From an uncultured delta proteobacterium (GTDB lineage Bacteria; Myxococcota; UBA727; VGSZ01): DNA of 64,000 nucleotides. Made by a program: the position numbers and the translations under genes. The stretch covers positions 320,001-384,000 of the forward strand of contig CAVZJB010000008.1 of the NCBI GenBank assembly GCA_963775425.1. Direction: 5' to 3'. This document shows, in pieces, positions 35,882-46,338 of this stretch. The notes under the pieces were generated by a model, which saw nothing but the letters and a program-made list of their open reading frames with translations, was not told where the DNA came from and ran no database searches. Positions within the stretch are counted from its first letter, which is position 1, and each line of letters begins with the position of its first letter.

Positions 35882-37780
35882 GTGACCAAGGGCAGGCGGG
35901 CGGCGGACCGGCGCCGGGAGCGCGGGGGCAATGATCTCCTCGACGACGGCTCCGGCACGCGGCCGGGGGAGATCGTCGATCCACTGCCGTCCGACGAGGA
36001 TGACGACGACGACCTGCCCCTGGTGAGCCAGGTGCGCGAGGTGGAGTCGTCGCAGCCGGTTGAAGGCACCCGCCCGGCCCAGCGCTCGACGCGCGACACC
36101 GGCCCCGAGAACGATCCCGAGGCGTCCTTCGTGAAGGCGGTGCGGCGGTCGTCGCGGGAGACGCACCCGGGCGCGGGGGAGTCGACGGCGGCGCGGGCGG
36201 CCCCCGATCGTCCGCCGCGCCGCGGCGCGCGCGTGATCGTCCTCGAGGGCGCCGACCAGGGCGGCGAGGCGGACATCGAGCTGACGCCGACGCTCGTCGG
36301 GCGCACGGAGTCCGCCGAGATCGGCCTGACGGATCCATGCGTCTCGCTGCGCCACCTCGAGATCCGCTGGTCCGACGACGACGGCTTCACCCTCGAGGAC
36401 GTCGGCTCGCGCTCGGGCACGCTGTTGAACGGCCGCGTCGTCGTCGACGAGGTAGCGCTGCGCCACGGCGACGTCATCGCGCTCGGAAAGACCGAGCTGC
36501 GCTTCGTGCGCGGCGACAAGATCCCGCAGCCGCGCCCCGCGCCCGAGCCCGAGCAGCCGCAGATCGAGCCCACCGAGCGCCTGCCCACCCGCGAGGCCAC
36601 GCGCACCCGCCGCGGGACGGTGCTCGCGCCGCTGGCGCCCACCCAGCGCGTGGTGGAGATGCGCGAGAAGATCCGGCGCACCACGGTGCGCGTGATCGCC
36701 GGCAGCGCGCTGCTCCTCGTCGTCGCCGTGGCGGCCAAGCTCGTCCACGACCGCTTCTTCACCGACGAGGCGCCGGCGCAGATCCGCGCGCAGGTGGCCG
36801 AGCTCCTCGCCGACGGGCGCAACCGGCTGCGCGCGCAGGACGTCGACGGCGCCCGCGCCGCCGCCAACACCGTGCTCGCGCTCGACGACAACAACGACGA
36901 GGCGCAGAGCCTCTTGAAGATGGCCATCACGGAGACGGAGGCGCGCGACGCCATCTCGCTCGCGCTGCGCCTCGGCGACGAGGAGCGCGACGTCGAGGCC
37001 GAGCAGATCTTGAAGCGCGTCCCCGACGCCAGCGTGTTCGCGCCCACGCGCGATCGCCTGCGGCAGACGCTCGACGAGCGCGGCCAGGTGCGGTCGCGCC
37101 GGCACATCGAGACGCTCCTCGATCAAGGCCGCGTGAAAGAGGCCCTCGAGGCGGCCGAGAAGCACATGGCGACGTGGCCCGAGGACGAGGAGGCGCGCGC
37201 CATCTTCGAGCGCGTGAAGGCCGCCCAGGCGGCGATGCCCAAGCACCCGGGCCTCGCCTCGGCGCGCGCCGCGTTCGCCGCCGGCGACCTCGCGCGCGCC
37301 AAGCAGATAGCGCTCGACAACGGCCTCACCGGCTACGCCCACGACGTCGACGACTTCCAGGCGTCGGTGCACAACGGCAAGGCCGCCCTCGCGCGCTTCG
37401 ACGACGCCGCCGCCGACACGCTCGACCGCGCCTTCCGCCTCCTGCACGCGCTCGGCGGCGACGCGTCGTCGCCGGTGTTCGCCGGCGTGCGCAAGCCCTA
37501 CGCCAAGGCGCTGCTCGTCGCCGGCACCGCCAAGCTCGACAAGAACCCCTGCGCGGGCGCGCGGCAGCTCTACCGCGCCGCCCGCGTCACGCCCGACGAT
37601 CCGGCGATCGAGGCCAAGCTCAGGGACCTCGACGCCCGCGCCGTCGCCGCCCTCGACCGCGCCCGCGCCGCCAAACAGGACGACGCCGAGCGCGCCGCCG
37701 CCATCGCCCGCGAAGGCGTCTGCCTCGCCCGCGTCGGCTCCAGGACCTACGAGGCGCTCCGCTCCCTCTCCCGCCTCTGA
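35882..37780 (+). CDS. FHA-domain membrane protein with a helical/TPR-like C-terminus
   Basis: LVGR, DPCVSLRH, EDVGSRSGTLLNG, GDVIALGKT; one TM helix. Confidence 0.85.
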   Translation: MTKGRRAADRRRERGGNDLLDDGSGTRPGEIVDPLPSDEDDDDDLPLVSQVREVESSQPVEGTRPAQRSTRDTGPENDPEASFVKAVRRSSRETHPGAGESTAARAAPDRPPRRGARVIVLEGADQGGEADIELTPTLVGRTESAEIGLTDPCVSLRHLEIRWSDDDGFTLEDVGSRSGTLLNGRVVVDEVALRHGDVIALGKTELRFVRGDKIPQPRPAPEPEQPQIEPTERLPTREATRTRRGTVLAPLAPTQRVVEMREKIRRTTVRVIAGSALLLVVAVAAKLVHDRFFTDEAPAQIRAQVAELLADGRNRLRAQDVDGARAAANTVLALDDNNDEAQSLLKMAITETEARDAISLALRLGDEERDVEAEQILKRVPDASVFAPTRDRLRQTLDERGQVRSRRHIETLLDQGRVKEALEAAEKHMATWPEDEEARAIFERVKAAQAAMPKHPGLASARAAFAAGDLARAKQIALDNGLTGYAHDVDDFQASVHNGKAALARFDDAAADTLDRAFRLLHALGGDASSPVFAGVRKPYAKALLVAGTAKLDKNPCAGARQLYRAARVTPDDPAIEAKLRDLDARAVAALDRARAAKQDDAERAAAIAREGVCLARVGSRTYEALRSLSRL

Positions 37781-37801
37781 CGCGCCGCCGCGCGCGCCCA
37801 G

Positions 37802-38569
37802 CTACGGCGCGCGCAGGGGGGCGACGCCCACGCGGCGGGCGCTCGCTTCGTAGAAGGGCGCGCACAGGCGCTCGTCGATGGACGCGCGCGCGCGCCGCTC
37901 GGCGACCCAGTACGCGCCGCTGTCGTCGACGTCGCCGGCGGCGAGGAGCACCGAGGTGCGCGCGCCCTCGTCGAGGCTGTCGGGGCCGTTCATGTCGAAG
38001 CCGGCCTTCAGAAGCTTGGTGGAGACCACGCCCGGGTGGCAGGCGTTCACCTTCACGCCGGGGGCGCGCCGCGCGAGCTCCACGGTGAACAGCACGTTGG
38101 CCAGCTTGGACGCGGCGTACGCGCCGTAGGCCGAGAACCCGCGCGCCATGTCGATGTCGTCGACGTCGATGCGGCCGCGGGTGTGGGCGACGGAGCTCAC
38201 GTTCACCACGCGCGGATCCTTCGACGCGCGCAGCCGCGCCAGGAGCAGGTGCGTCAGCAGGAAGGGAGCGTCGTGGTTGACCGCCATGCTCATCTCGCGA
38301 CCGTCGGCGGTGAGCGCGCGGCGCTTCATGTAGACGCCGGCGTTGTTCACGAGGACGTCGAGCGCTTCGATCTGCCCGGCGAGCGCGCGCACGGCGTCGA
38401 GCGAGGACAGCTCCGCCGCCACCGCCCGCTTGGCGTCGACCTCGGCGCGGGCGCGCTCGGCTTTCTCCTGCGTGCGCCCGTGGACGACGACGTCGAAGCC
38501 GCGCGCGGCGAGCTTGCGGGCCGTCTCCTTGCCGATGCCGTCGGTGGCCCCCGTGACGAGCGCGATCAT
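37802..38569 (-). CDS. SDR family oxidoreductase (retinol dehydrogenase-like)
   Basis: TGATDGIG, NNAG, VNVSS.AH, YAASK, HPGVV; GGAGG RBS. Confidence 0.92.
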   Translation of the reverse strand: MIALVTGATDGIGKETARKLAARGFDVVVHGRTQEKAERARAEVDAKRAVAAELSSLDAVRALAGQIEALDVLVNNAGVYMKRRALTADGREMSMAVNHDAPFLLTHLLLARLRASKDPRVVNVSSVAHTRGRIDVDDIDMARGFSAYGAYAASKLANVLFTVELARRAPGVKVNACHPGVVSTKLLKAGFDMNGPDSLDEGARTSVLLAAGDVDDSGAYWVAERRARASIDERLCAPFYEASARRVGVAPLRAP

Positions 38570-38665
38570 GATGCCTCCCGCCGCCAGCATCCCACGGGGC
38601 GTGACACAGGACACGCCGCCGCGCGCGGGCGCGGCCGGACGCGGTCTCTCCGCCCGCGGAGCGGC

Positions 38666-38694
38666 TTGCATTTGATATGCACGCTTATCATAAT
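38666..38694 (+). promoter_or_regulatory. Sigma70 promoter with an overlapping palindromic operator (likely MarR)
   Basis: TTGCAT-N17-CATAAT; IR TGATAtGC-ac-GCtTATCA at 38673-38690, in an AT-rich island. Confidence 0.7.
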
Positions 38695-38719
38695 AGATCT
38701 TACCAACCAGGAGGCGGTC

Positions 38720-39352
38720 ATGAAGGTGCTCATCATCGGCGCGACGGGAGCCACGGGGGCGATGGCGGTGCAGCAGGCGCTCGACGCCGGGCACGAGGTG
38801 GTGGCGCTCGCGCGCGCGCCCGAGAAGCTCGCCGTCACCCACGCGCGGCTGACGGTGGTGCAGGGTGACGCCACCCGCGCCGGCGACCTCGCGCGCGCGC
38901 TGCCCGGGGTCGCGGCCGTCGTCGCCATCCTGAGCCCGCGCAGGAAGGACGACGCGGTGCGTTCGCAGGCGGCGCGCGCGCTCGTCGAGGAGATGAAGCG
39001 CGCGGGCGTGGCGCGCCTCGTCTGGGTGAGCGCGTCGGGCGTCGGCGACAGCCTCGCGCAGGCGGCCAGGTCGTCGTTCGTGTTCGGGCGCGTCATCGTC
39101 CCGCTGTTCATGAAGGCGCAGTTCGCCGACGCCGCCGTCGCCGAGGAGGCCGTGCGCGAGAGCGACCTCGACTGGACCGTGGTTCGCCCGGTGCAGCTCG
39201 TGAACGCCCCCGCGCGCAACGACGTCGGCGCGTCGCTCGACGGCGAGAAGCTCACGCGCCTTCAGATCCCACGCGCCGACGTCGCCGCGTTCCTCGTCGC
39301 GCAGGTGACGTCCGACGCGTACGCGCGGCGCATGCCGGTGATCCATGGCTGA
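38720..39352 (+). CDS. NAD(P)-binding oxidoreductase (flavin/biliverdin reductase-like atypical SDR)
   Basis: IIGATGATG, SDLDWTVVRP, IPRADVA; AGGAGG RBS. Confidence 0.9.
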   Translation: MKVLIIGATGATGAMAVQQALDAGHEVVALARAPEKLAVTHARLTVVQGDATRAGDLARALPGVAAVVAILSPRRKDDAVRSQAARALVEEMKRAGVARLVWVSASGVGDSLAQAARSSFVFGRVIVPLFMKAQFADAAVAEEAVRESDLDWTVVRPVQLVNAPARNDVGASLDGEKLTRLQIPRADVAAFLVAQVTSDAYARRMPVIHG

Positions 39353-39803
39353 GCCGCGGCCTACGGAGACGGGCGGCCCCCTGGCCAGCCCGGGGTGGCA
39401 CCTTTGGCAGGCGGCGCTGCGCTGGAAGAACGCCGTGCGCACCGCACTCGCGCCGCACGGGCTCACGCCCACGCAGTTCTTCGTGCTCGGCGCCGCCGGC
39501 TGGATGGAGAGGACCGCGGGCGCGCCCCGCCAGAAGGACGTCGCCGCGCTCGCCGGGCTCGACCTGATGACGACGTCGCAGGTGGTGCGCGCCCTCGACA
39601 AGGCCGGGCTCCTCGCGCGCCACGACGACCCAGACGACGCGCGCTCCTGGCGGCTGTCGCCCACGCCGGCTGGCCGCGCCGTCCTCAAGAAGGCCGCCGC
39701 CGCCGTGCGCGCCGCCGACGCCGCGTTCTTCGCGAAGATCCCCGCGCGCTTCGTCGACGCCGTCGACGGGCTCGGCGAAGAGCCGTCGATGGCTCGCTCT
39801 TAG
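39345..39803 (+). CDS. MarR family transcriptional regulator
   Basis: SPGWHLW, GLTPTQFFVL, QKDVA, TSQVVRAL, DDARS..L.PT.AG. Confidence 0.92.
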   Translation: MAEPRPTETGGPLASPGWHLWQAALRWKNAVRTALAPHGLTPTQFFVLGAAGWMERTAGAPRQKDVAALAGLDLMTTSQVVRALDKAGLLARHDDPDDARSWRLSPTPAGRAVLKKAAAAVRAADAAFFAKIPARFVDAVDGLGEEPSMARS

Positions 39804-40921
39804 AACGCGCCGCCGAAGCGGATGAGCGTCCCCGGCGGCGCCTTGTCGACGTCGTGCATGTCCGGGATCTCGCGGGTCTGCCCGTAGCGGGCGAGGACGT
39901 CATCGCGCCAGTTCTTCACGGCGTCGCGGTTGTGGCGGTAGGCGCCGGCTACGGCGCCGAAGACGCCGCCGGCGTACCAGCCGAGCTCGAACACGGTGAG
40001 CACCGCGGCCACGGCGAAGTCGCCCGTGAGCCACGCCGACGCCGCCGCGAAGATGAACAGGGAGTTCCACACGAGCGAGGTCACGCCGGTGCCCCACTGC
40101 CCCAGGTAGAAGTGGCCGAGGCCGGGCACGATGGACAACACGCCCGCGAGCAGCGGGTCCTTGAGCTCGACGTCGTCCTTGGCGTCGATGGCCTTCACGA
40201 TCCCGAGCGCGTCCTTGGCGTGCATGCCCTTTTGGTCCGCGAGCTCCTGGAAGTAGACGCGCGCCTGATCGAGCTCGCCGGCGTCGAAGTGGCCCCACGC
40301 GAGCAGCCACCTGGACTGCACCTTCAGCGTCTTCGGCGTGCCGCCGTCCTCGACGAGCAAACGGAAGCGCGGCTTGGCGAGCTCCGGGCGGTTGTCGAGC
40401 AGGTACGCGCGGCCCGCGCCGAACAGCGCCGCCTGGCGAAGGTCGATGGTGCCCGCGCGCTGCGCGACGCCGTCGAGCTGACGGCCCGCGGCGTCCCACT
40501 GCTCGCCGCGCGCGAGCGCCTCCCCGATGGCGAGCGCCGCGCGCTCGGCCTCGTTCCCGACGCCCTTCACCTGCCACAGATAGCGGCGGTACTCGGTGAT
40601 GGCCCGATACCAATCGCCGTCGCGAAACAGGTGGTCCGCGAACGCCAGCGTCTGCAGTTGCTCCGCCGTCGGCTCGGGCGCGGGCGCGACCGCGCTCGTC
40701 GCCGGGGGCGGCGCCGCGTCGCTTGGCGCGGGGGCCGGCGCGTCGCTCGTCGCGGGGGCGGACGCGTCGGTGGCGGCGCCGTCGGCCGCGGGCACGGCGG
40801 CGGCCTTGTCCGCGGGCGCGGGCGCGGCGGGGGCCTTGCCGGCGGGCGCGGCGTCGTGCGCAGGCGTGTCGGCGGCGGCGGGGGCGGCGCTCAAAAACAG
40901 GGCGGTGGCGATGGCGATCAT
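39800..40921 (-). CDS. Secreted TPR protein with a TM2-like C-terminal region
   Basis: Signal peptide, FADHLF..GDWYRAITEY, KDPLLAGVLSIVPGLGHFYLG. Confidence 0.75.
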   Translation of the reverse strand: MIAIATALFLSAAPAAADTPAHDAAPAGKAPAAPAPADKAAAVPAADGAATDASAPATSDAPAPAPSDAAPPPATSAVAPAPEPTAEQLQTLAFADHLFRDGDWYRAITEYRRYLWQVKGVGNEAERAALAIGEALARGEQWDAAGRQLDGVAQRAGTIDLRQAALFGAGRAYLLDNRPELAKPRFRLLVEDGGTPKTLKVQSRWLLAWGHFDAGELDQARVYFQELADQKGMHAKDALGIVKAIDAKDDVELKDPLLAGVLSIVPGLGHFYLGQWGTGVTSLVWNSLFIFAAASAWLTGDFAVAAVLTVFELGWYAGGVFGAVAGAYRHNRDAVKNWRDDVLARYGQTREIPDMHDVDKAPPGTLIRFGGAF

Positions 40922-41652
40922 GGCGTCTCGTGCGGGTGATCGGAGGCGTCGCTCTTGGGGAGCGCAATCGCGGGGAGGGTCGCGCGGGCGAGCTTCTTTT
41001 GGGGCAGCGGCGGCAGCTCGAGCGGCTGCTCGTCGGCGTGCGGGGGCAAGCCGGTGAAGCGCTCGGCGTGCCAGAACTCGTAGTTGGTGATGGGGTCGTA
41101 CACGCGCGTGCCGCCCCAGCCCTCCACCTCGGGGAAGCGGCGGATGGGCGTGGACTCGCTCGGCGCGATCACACGGTCGAGGGTCATCACGATGCCGAGC
41201 AGGCCGTGGCGCGCCACCGCCTGCGCGCCGAAGCGCGAGCAGGTCGGCAGGTGCGTGCAGCGCGGGCCGTCGATCTTGGTGATGAGGTTCGCGTATCCGA
41301 GCGACGCCAGGTACAGCGGGCTCGACGACAACCCCGGCCCCACGACGTTCGGCCCGCGCCCCGGCCCCTTGTCGAGCGCGAGCTCGGGGATGTCCGGGTC
41401 CATGCGCAAGGGCGGCGGCGGCGGCCCCTCGCCGGGCACCTTGGCCGCGTCGCCCACCGCGGGGTGCGCGTGGCGCGCCTTGCCCTTTTGCCCCTGGCGG
41501 ACGACGTCGCGGACCGCGCCGGCGTCGAAGGGCCCAAACGGCTGTTTGTCCTCGGCGCGCGCGCCGGCGGCGAAGAGCGCGACGGCGCACCCGGCCAGCG
41601 CGCAACGCGACGCGCGTGTGGGCCACGACGGGAGGGAGCGGCCGCCGCTCAT
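40918..41652 (-). CDS. YidD-like domain protein with a signal-like N-terminal extension
   Basis: GPRCTHLPTCSRFGAQAVARHGLLG...DR and YDP. Confidence 0.7.
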   Translation of the reverse strand: MSGGRSLPSWPTRASRCALAGCAVALFAAGARAEDKQPFGPFDAGAVRDVVRQGQKGKARHAHPAVGDAAKVPGEGPPPPPLRMDPDIPELALDKGPGRGPNVVGPGLSSSPLYLASLGYANLITKIDGPRCTHLPTCSRFGAQAVARHGLLGIVMTLDRVIAPSESTPIRRFPEVEGWGGTRVYDPITNYEFWHAERFTGLPPHADEQPLELPPLPQKKLARATLPAIALPKSDASDHPHETP

Positions 41653-43457
41653 CGCTGGCCCGGCGCCGCGTTCGTCGGCGGCGACGCGTTCGTCGGCGGC
41701 GGCGCGGCGGGGCTCGGCTGCGGCGCGCCCTCGCCCTTGTCCCTGCGGCGCCGGCCGTCGGGATCTTTCTGGTCGGCGCGGGCGCGCGTCACCGCCTGCT
41801 TGATCGGCTCACGATCGTCCTTGATGGCGTCGAGCGCCTTCCTGGCCTCCGGCAGCGGCGCCGCGCCGAGCGCGTCGATGACGCCGACGAGGTCGGCGAC
41901 GCACAGCTTGGGCCCGGCGCCGTCGAGCGCCTTCACGGCGTTCTTCGCCTGCTCCTCACCCGACGACGCCATGGCGGTGACGGCGCGGCAGACGCGGCAG
42001 GTGGACGTCTTCGCGAGCGGCGCCAGCGCCTTGCCGACGAGCTTCGGCGACTTGCGCACCAGCGCCCGCCGCGCGGCGCGCACCCGGTTTGCCCCCTCGT
42101 CGCCGCCGGCGACCACCTTTTCGCCGGTCCTCTTGGCGAGCGCGGGATCGAACGGCGAGGCGCGGAACGCTTCGTCGAGCGCTTCGGTGGCGTCGACGTC
42201 CGCCTTGCCCACGAGGTGCGCCGCCGCGCGCGTGACGTTCAGCCGGCCGTAGTCACCGTCCATCGCCACCGCCCGCTGGGCCGCGCGGCCCATGCAGCCG
42301 GTGTCGCCGAGGCCTGCGCAGGCGTCGGCCAGGAGCCACGAGATGTCCTCGTCGACGGGCAGCCGCGGCGGCCCCTTGATGAACGGGTTCAACAGCTCGG
42401 CGGCCGCCTTGTAGTCGCCCTTCTTCTGCGCGAGCAGCGCCTTGAGCGCCGCCGTCTCCTTGGCGTAGCCCGCGCGCGGCGAGAGCGTGGAGAGGATGGT
42501 CTGCACCTCGGCTTCGTCGCCGTCCTTCCGGGTCAGCGAGCGGCCGAGCCAGTAGAGCACCTCGCCGCGCCGGCCCTCATCGAGGTTCTTTTCGGAGCCC
42601 TTCAACAGCGCGATGCCCTCGTCGATGGACCTGGGCGTCCCCTCGAGCACCAGCGCGCGCCCGCGCACGGCGTCGAGCCACGGGTGGCTCTTGACGGCGG
42701 CCGCCTCCTTGACCGCCTCGGGGTAGAGCCCGACGTCGAGATAGAGCTCCGCGAGCAGCGCGTGCGCGCGCGCCGAGTCCGGGCGCGCCGCGAGCACCTT
42801 CTCGAGGTCGCCGTGGACGTCGTCGAGCGTGCCGCCCGTCATCTTCTGCGCGAGCGCGAGGAAGAGGTGCGGGTCGGCGGTGGCGGTCGGCGTGCTCTCG
42901 ACGAGCTGCACCAGCGTCTTGGCGTTGGCGAGCGAGCCGACGGCGGCGTCCACGAGCGCGCGCGCTCCCTGGCCCACCGGCGACGCCGCGTTGAGCGTGG
43001 CTGCATAGGTGGCCAGGCCGCGCGCGTCGGTGAGGCGATCCTTGTACCCGGTGACGGTGGGCTCGAGGACCAACGAGGCGGCGAGGAGCGCCACCGCCTC
43101 CGAGCGGTCGATGTCGGTGGCGGCGGACTTGTACCAGGAGACCGCGAGCTCGCCGGCCCGCTTCTCCGAGCCGGGCGTCAGCTCGTGGAACGCGTCGAGC
43201 ACCGGGGTCGCCGACGTCACCTTGGCGGCGTCCGCCGGCAGCGCCTGCACGCGCTTCTCGAGCACGCGCTGCCCCCAGGCGGGCGTGGCCATGTTGGGGA
43301 AAGGAGGGCGCGTGTCGCCGTCGACCGGCTTGGGCGCCTTGGGTGTCCCCGCGTCGACCACCTTCGACGGCGACGACGGGCAAGCGGAGAGCGCGAGCGC
43401 GCCGCCGGCGGCAACGGCGACGACGACGCGGGCGAGGAGCGGTCGGAGGGGTCGCAT
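41649..43457 (-). CDS. TPR-containing lipoprotein
   Basis: Lipobox LSAC; helical TPR-like repeats (ARAHALLAELYLDVG). Confidence 0.75.
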   Translation of the reverse strand: MRPLRPLLARVVVAVAAGGALALSACPSSPSKVVDAGTPKAPKPVDGDTRPPFPNMATPAWGQRVLEKRVQALPADAAKVTSATPVLDAFHELTPGSEKRAGELAVSWYKSAATDIDRSEAVALLAASLVLEPTVTGYKDRLTDARGLATYAATLNAASPVGQGARALVDAAVGSLANAKTLVQLVESTPTATADPHLFLALAQKMTGGTLDDVHGDLEKVLAARPDSARAHALLAELYLDVGLYPEAVKEAAAVKSHPWLDAVRGRALVLEGTPRSIDEGIALLKGSEKNLDEGRRGEVLYWLGRSLTRKDGDEAEVQTILSTLSPRAGYAKETAALKALLAQKKGDYKAAAELLNPFIKGPPRLPVDEDISWLLADACAGLGDTGCMGRAAQRAVAMDGDYGRLNVTRAAAHLVGKADVDATEALDEAFRASPFDPALAKRTGEKVVAGGDEGANRVRAARRALVRKSPKLVGKALAPLAKTSTCRVCRAVTAMASSGEEQAKNAVKALDGAGPKLCVADLVGVIDALGAAPLPEARKALDAIKDDREPIKQAVTRARADQKDPDGRRRRDKGEGAPQPSPAAPPPTNASPPTNAAPGQR

Positions 43458-43546
43458 GCGCGGGTGTGCTTGCACGTCGAGCGCGCCAAGCCAAGCCGCG
43501 CCGCCGCCGAGGAGGGGCGGGGACACGGCGCCCCGTGGCGGGCTCC

Positions 43547-45007
43547 TCACAGGGCCCTCTCGATCCGCTCGCACAGGAGGCCCAGCACCTCGAGGCGGGC
43601 GGCGCGCTTGTCCTCGGCGGCGACGAGGTTCCAGGGGGCGATCTCCGTCGACGTTCTCGCCACCATGTCGTGCACCGCGAGGGTGTACGCGGGCCACTTC
43701 TCCCGGTTCCGATAGTCCTCGGCGGTGATCTTGTACCGCTTGAAGGCGGTCTTTTCGCGCTGCTCGAACCGGCGGAGCTGCTCGGCGGGGTCGATGTGCA
43801 GCCAGAGCTTGGTCATCACGACGCCGTTGTCGACGAGCTGCTCCTCGAAGTCGTTGATCTCCTGGTACGCGCGCTGCCACTCGTCGTCACGGGCGAAGCC
43901 CTCGACGCGCTCCACGAGGACGCGTCCGTACCAGGAGCGATCATAGATGGTCATCGCGCCGCGGCCGGGCAGCCGGCGCCAGAAGCGCCACAGGTAGTGC
44001 TGCGCGCGCTCCTCGTCGGTGGGGGCGGCGATGGGGATCACGCGGTAGTCGCGCGCATCGAGCGCCTCGGTCACCCGGCGAATGGCGCCGCCCTTGCCCG
44101 CGGCGTCCCACCCCTCGAACACCGCGATGGCCGAGCCTCCCTGCCGCCGCAGCCTGGCGAAGGCGTGGTTGAGCCGCCCCTGCAGGCCCTCGAGCTTCCT
44201 CTCGTAGCCGTGCAGGTCCGCGCGGCGCGACAGGTCCACGGTGTCGAGGATGGTCTTGCCGTCGACGGGCGCCGGCATCGCCCGGTGGGCCCGCGGCGGC
44301 GGCTTGCGGTCGAGGCGCGCGCGCAGCGCCGCGGCGATGGTCTCGCCGACGGCGAGGTCCCGAAAGCGGTGGTCGGTGGCCTCGACCACTGTCCACGGGG
44401 CCGGCCCCGTCGACGTCTCCCGGAGCGCCCGCTCGCTGACGTTCCTGAAGCGGCGGTAGTGCGCGCGGTTGCGCAGGTCCTCGTCGGTGACGCGCCAACG
44501 CGTCCGCTTGTTGCCGATGAGCTCCGCGTACCTGCGGCCCTGCTCCTTCTTCGACAGATGGAACCACAGCTTGATGATGAGGGCGCCGTCGTCGACGAGG
44601 GCCCGCTCGAACCCCATGATGCGCTCGAGCGCGGCGATGAAGGCGCTCTTGCCGATCTCCTTGTGGACGCGATCGACGATGGGCCGCGTGTACCAGTTGC
44701 CGAAGTAGATGCCGATGGTGCCCTTGGGGGCGAGGTCCCTCCAGAAGCGCCAGTATTCGGGGCGCTCCCGCTCCTCCTCCGTCGGGTCCCGCATCGCGAA
44801 CGTGCGCAGGTAGCGCGTATCCATCCACTCGTGCAGGAGGTTGACGGCGTCGCCCTTGCCGGAGCCGTCGACGCCGTTGATGAGGATGAAGACCTGGAAG
44901 TCCGCGAGCCTCTCCTGCAGTCGCAGCAGTTGCGTCCGGAGCACGGGCACGCGCTTGTCGTAGTCGGCCTTCTGAACGGATCGATTGAGCTCGGCGGTCT
45001 CGAACAT
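43547..45007 (-). CDS. pap: Polyphosphate:AMP phosphotransferase (two-domain PPK2, class II)
   Basis: MFETAEL start; two PPK2 domains (GVDGSGKG and [10 protein letters not shown]); [15 protein letters not shown]. Confidence 0.95.
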   Translation of the reverse strand: MFETAELNRSVQKADYDKRVPVLRTQLLRLQERLADFQVFILINGVDGSGKGDAVNLLHEWMDTRYLRTFAMRDPTEEERERPEYWRFWRDLAPKGTIGIYFGNWYTRPIVDRVHKEIGKSAFIAALERIMGFERALVDDGALIIKLWFHLSKKEQGRRYAELIGNKRTRWRVTDEDLRNRAHYRRFRNVSERALRETSTGPAPWTVVEATDHRFRDLAVGETIAAALRARLDRKPPPRAHRAMPAPVDGKTILDTVDLSRRADLHGYERKLEGLQGRLNHAFARLRRQGGSAIAVFEGWDAAGKGGAIRRVTEALDARDYRVIPIAAPTDEERAQHYLWRFWRRLPGRGAMTIYDRSWYGRVLVERVEGFARDDEWQRAYQEINDFEEQLVDNGVVMTKLWLHIDPAEQLRRFEQREKTAFKRYKITAEDYRNREKWPAYTLAVHDMVARTSTEIAPWNLVAAEDKRAARLEVLGLLCERIERAL

Positions 45008-45045
45008 CCCGCGAAGCTACCAAAGCCGGGCTAGTCTTCGGCGCC

Positions 45046-46077
45046 ATGCGACCCGACAAGCAGCGGCTGGTTCATATCACGGAGACCACGCTCGACGAGC
45101 CGCGCCTCTGGGTGACCGAATACGGCGAGGCGGACCACCGGGTGCGCGAGGTGAAGCCCGAGGAGCTCGCCGGCCTCACCACCGGCGACGGCGTCGTGTG
45201 GGTCAACGTCGACGGGCGCCAGGACGAAAAGACCGTCGCCGCCCTCGGCGAGCGCTTCGGGCTCCACCCGCTGCTGCTCGAGGACGTCACCAACATGGAG
45301 CAGCGGCCCAAGCTCGAGGAGTACGTCGGCCTGGTGTTCGTGGTGATGAAGATGCTGCGTACGGACCCGGACGCCGAGCGCATCTACGTCGAGCACATGA
45401 GCCTCATCCTCAAGGACAAGCTCGTCATCACGTTCCAGGAGCGCGTCGGCGACGTGTTCGACGACGTCCGCAAGAGCCTCAAGAACGCCACCGGCAAGAT
45501 CCGCAAGCTCGGCGCCGACTACCTCGCCTACCGCCTCGTCGACGCCATCGTCGACAACTACTTCGTCGCTGTCGACGCCATGGCCGAGCTCGTCGAGACC
45601 ATGGAGACGCAGATGACCGAGGACCCCAAGGGCATCGAGGCCAACGAGCTGCACATGCTCAAGCGCGAGAGCCTCTTCCTGCGCAAGGTGGTGGTCCCCG
45701 CGCGCGAGATCATCGCCACCTTCTCCAAGCTCGAGGACACCGCGCTCATCCAGCCGGTCACGCACGTCTACCTGCGCGACGTCTACGACCACACCGCGCA
45801 GGTGGCCGAGAACCTCGACGTTCAGCGCGGCATCCTCGCGTCGATGACCGACGTGTACCACGCGTCTTTGTCCAACCGGCTCAACGAGGTGATGAAGGTG
45901 ATGACCATGGTGTCCACGATCTTCATCCCCTTGAGCTTCATCGCGGGCGTCTACGGCATGAACTTCCGCTACATGCCCGAGCTGCACGAGCGCTGGGGCT
46001 ACCCCGTGGTGCTGGCGGTGATGATCGTCGCCGCCATCGGCATGCTCGCGTTGTTCAAGCGCAAGCGGTGGTTCTAG
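45046..46077 (+). CDS. corA: Magnesium/cobalt transporter CorA
   Basis: [39 protein letters not shown]. Confidence 0.96.
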   Translation: MRPDKQRLVHITETTLDEPRLWVTEYGEADHRVREVKPEELAGLTTGDGVVWVNVDGRQDEKTVAALGERFGLHPLLLEDVTNMEQRPKLEEYVGLVFVVMKMLRTDPDAERIYVEHMSLILKDKLVITFQERVGDVFDDVRKSLKNATGKIRKLGADYLAYRLVDAIVDNYFVAVDAMAELVETMETQMTEDPKGIEANELHMLKRESLFLRKVVVPAREIIATFSKLEDTALIQPVTHVYLRDVYDHTAQVAENLDVQRGILASMTDVYHASLSNRLNEVMKVMTMVSTIFIPLSFIAGVYGMNFRYMPELHERWGYPVVLAVMIVAAIGMLALFKRKRWF

Positions 46078-46088
46078 AACGGTTGTCG

Positions 46089-46251
46089 GGGAGCGGGGAG
46101 CGGTCACGTGTACGGCAAGCGCGTGCGGCGCACGTGCGCGGTCACGGTGAGGGGGACCGCGAGCGCTCCCGTGACCGCGAGTCGCAGGAGCTGCCCGTCC
46201 GTCGCCGCGCACGCGCGTGGCCGTGGACGGCGGCTGCAGCCGCCCGCTCCC
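46089..46251. repeat. Nested imperfect palindrome (REP/MITE-like)
   Basis: GGGAGCGGG (46089) / CCCGCTCCC (46243) outer IR; perfect 11-bp inner IR at 46137-46147 / 46169-46179; further pairings between them. Confidence 0.5.
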
Positions 46252-46338
46252 GCAGCGCGCCTGGCGTCGTCCATCTCGTGAAGCCCCGGATCGACAGGCC
46301 ACGTTGGCACGCCCGGCGCCGACCGCTACAGGGGGGCG

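Noticed and set aside
46303-46320. TTGGCAC upstream of manC as a sigma54 promoter
   Set aside because: GC is at the right spacing but the preceding TT of TTGC is missing; too likely by chance in this composition.
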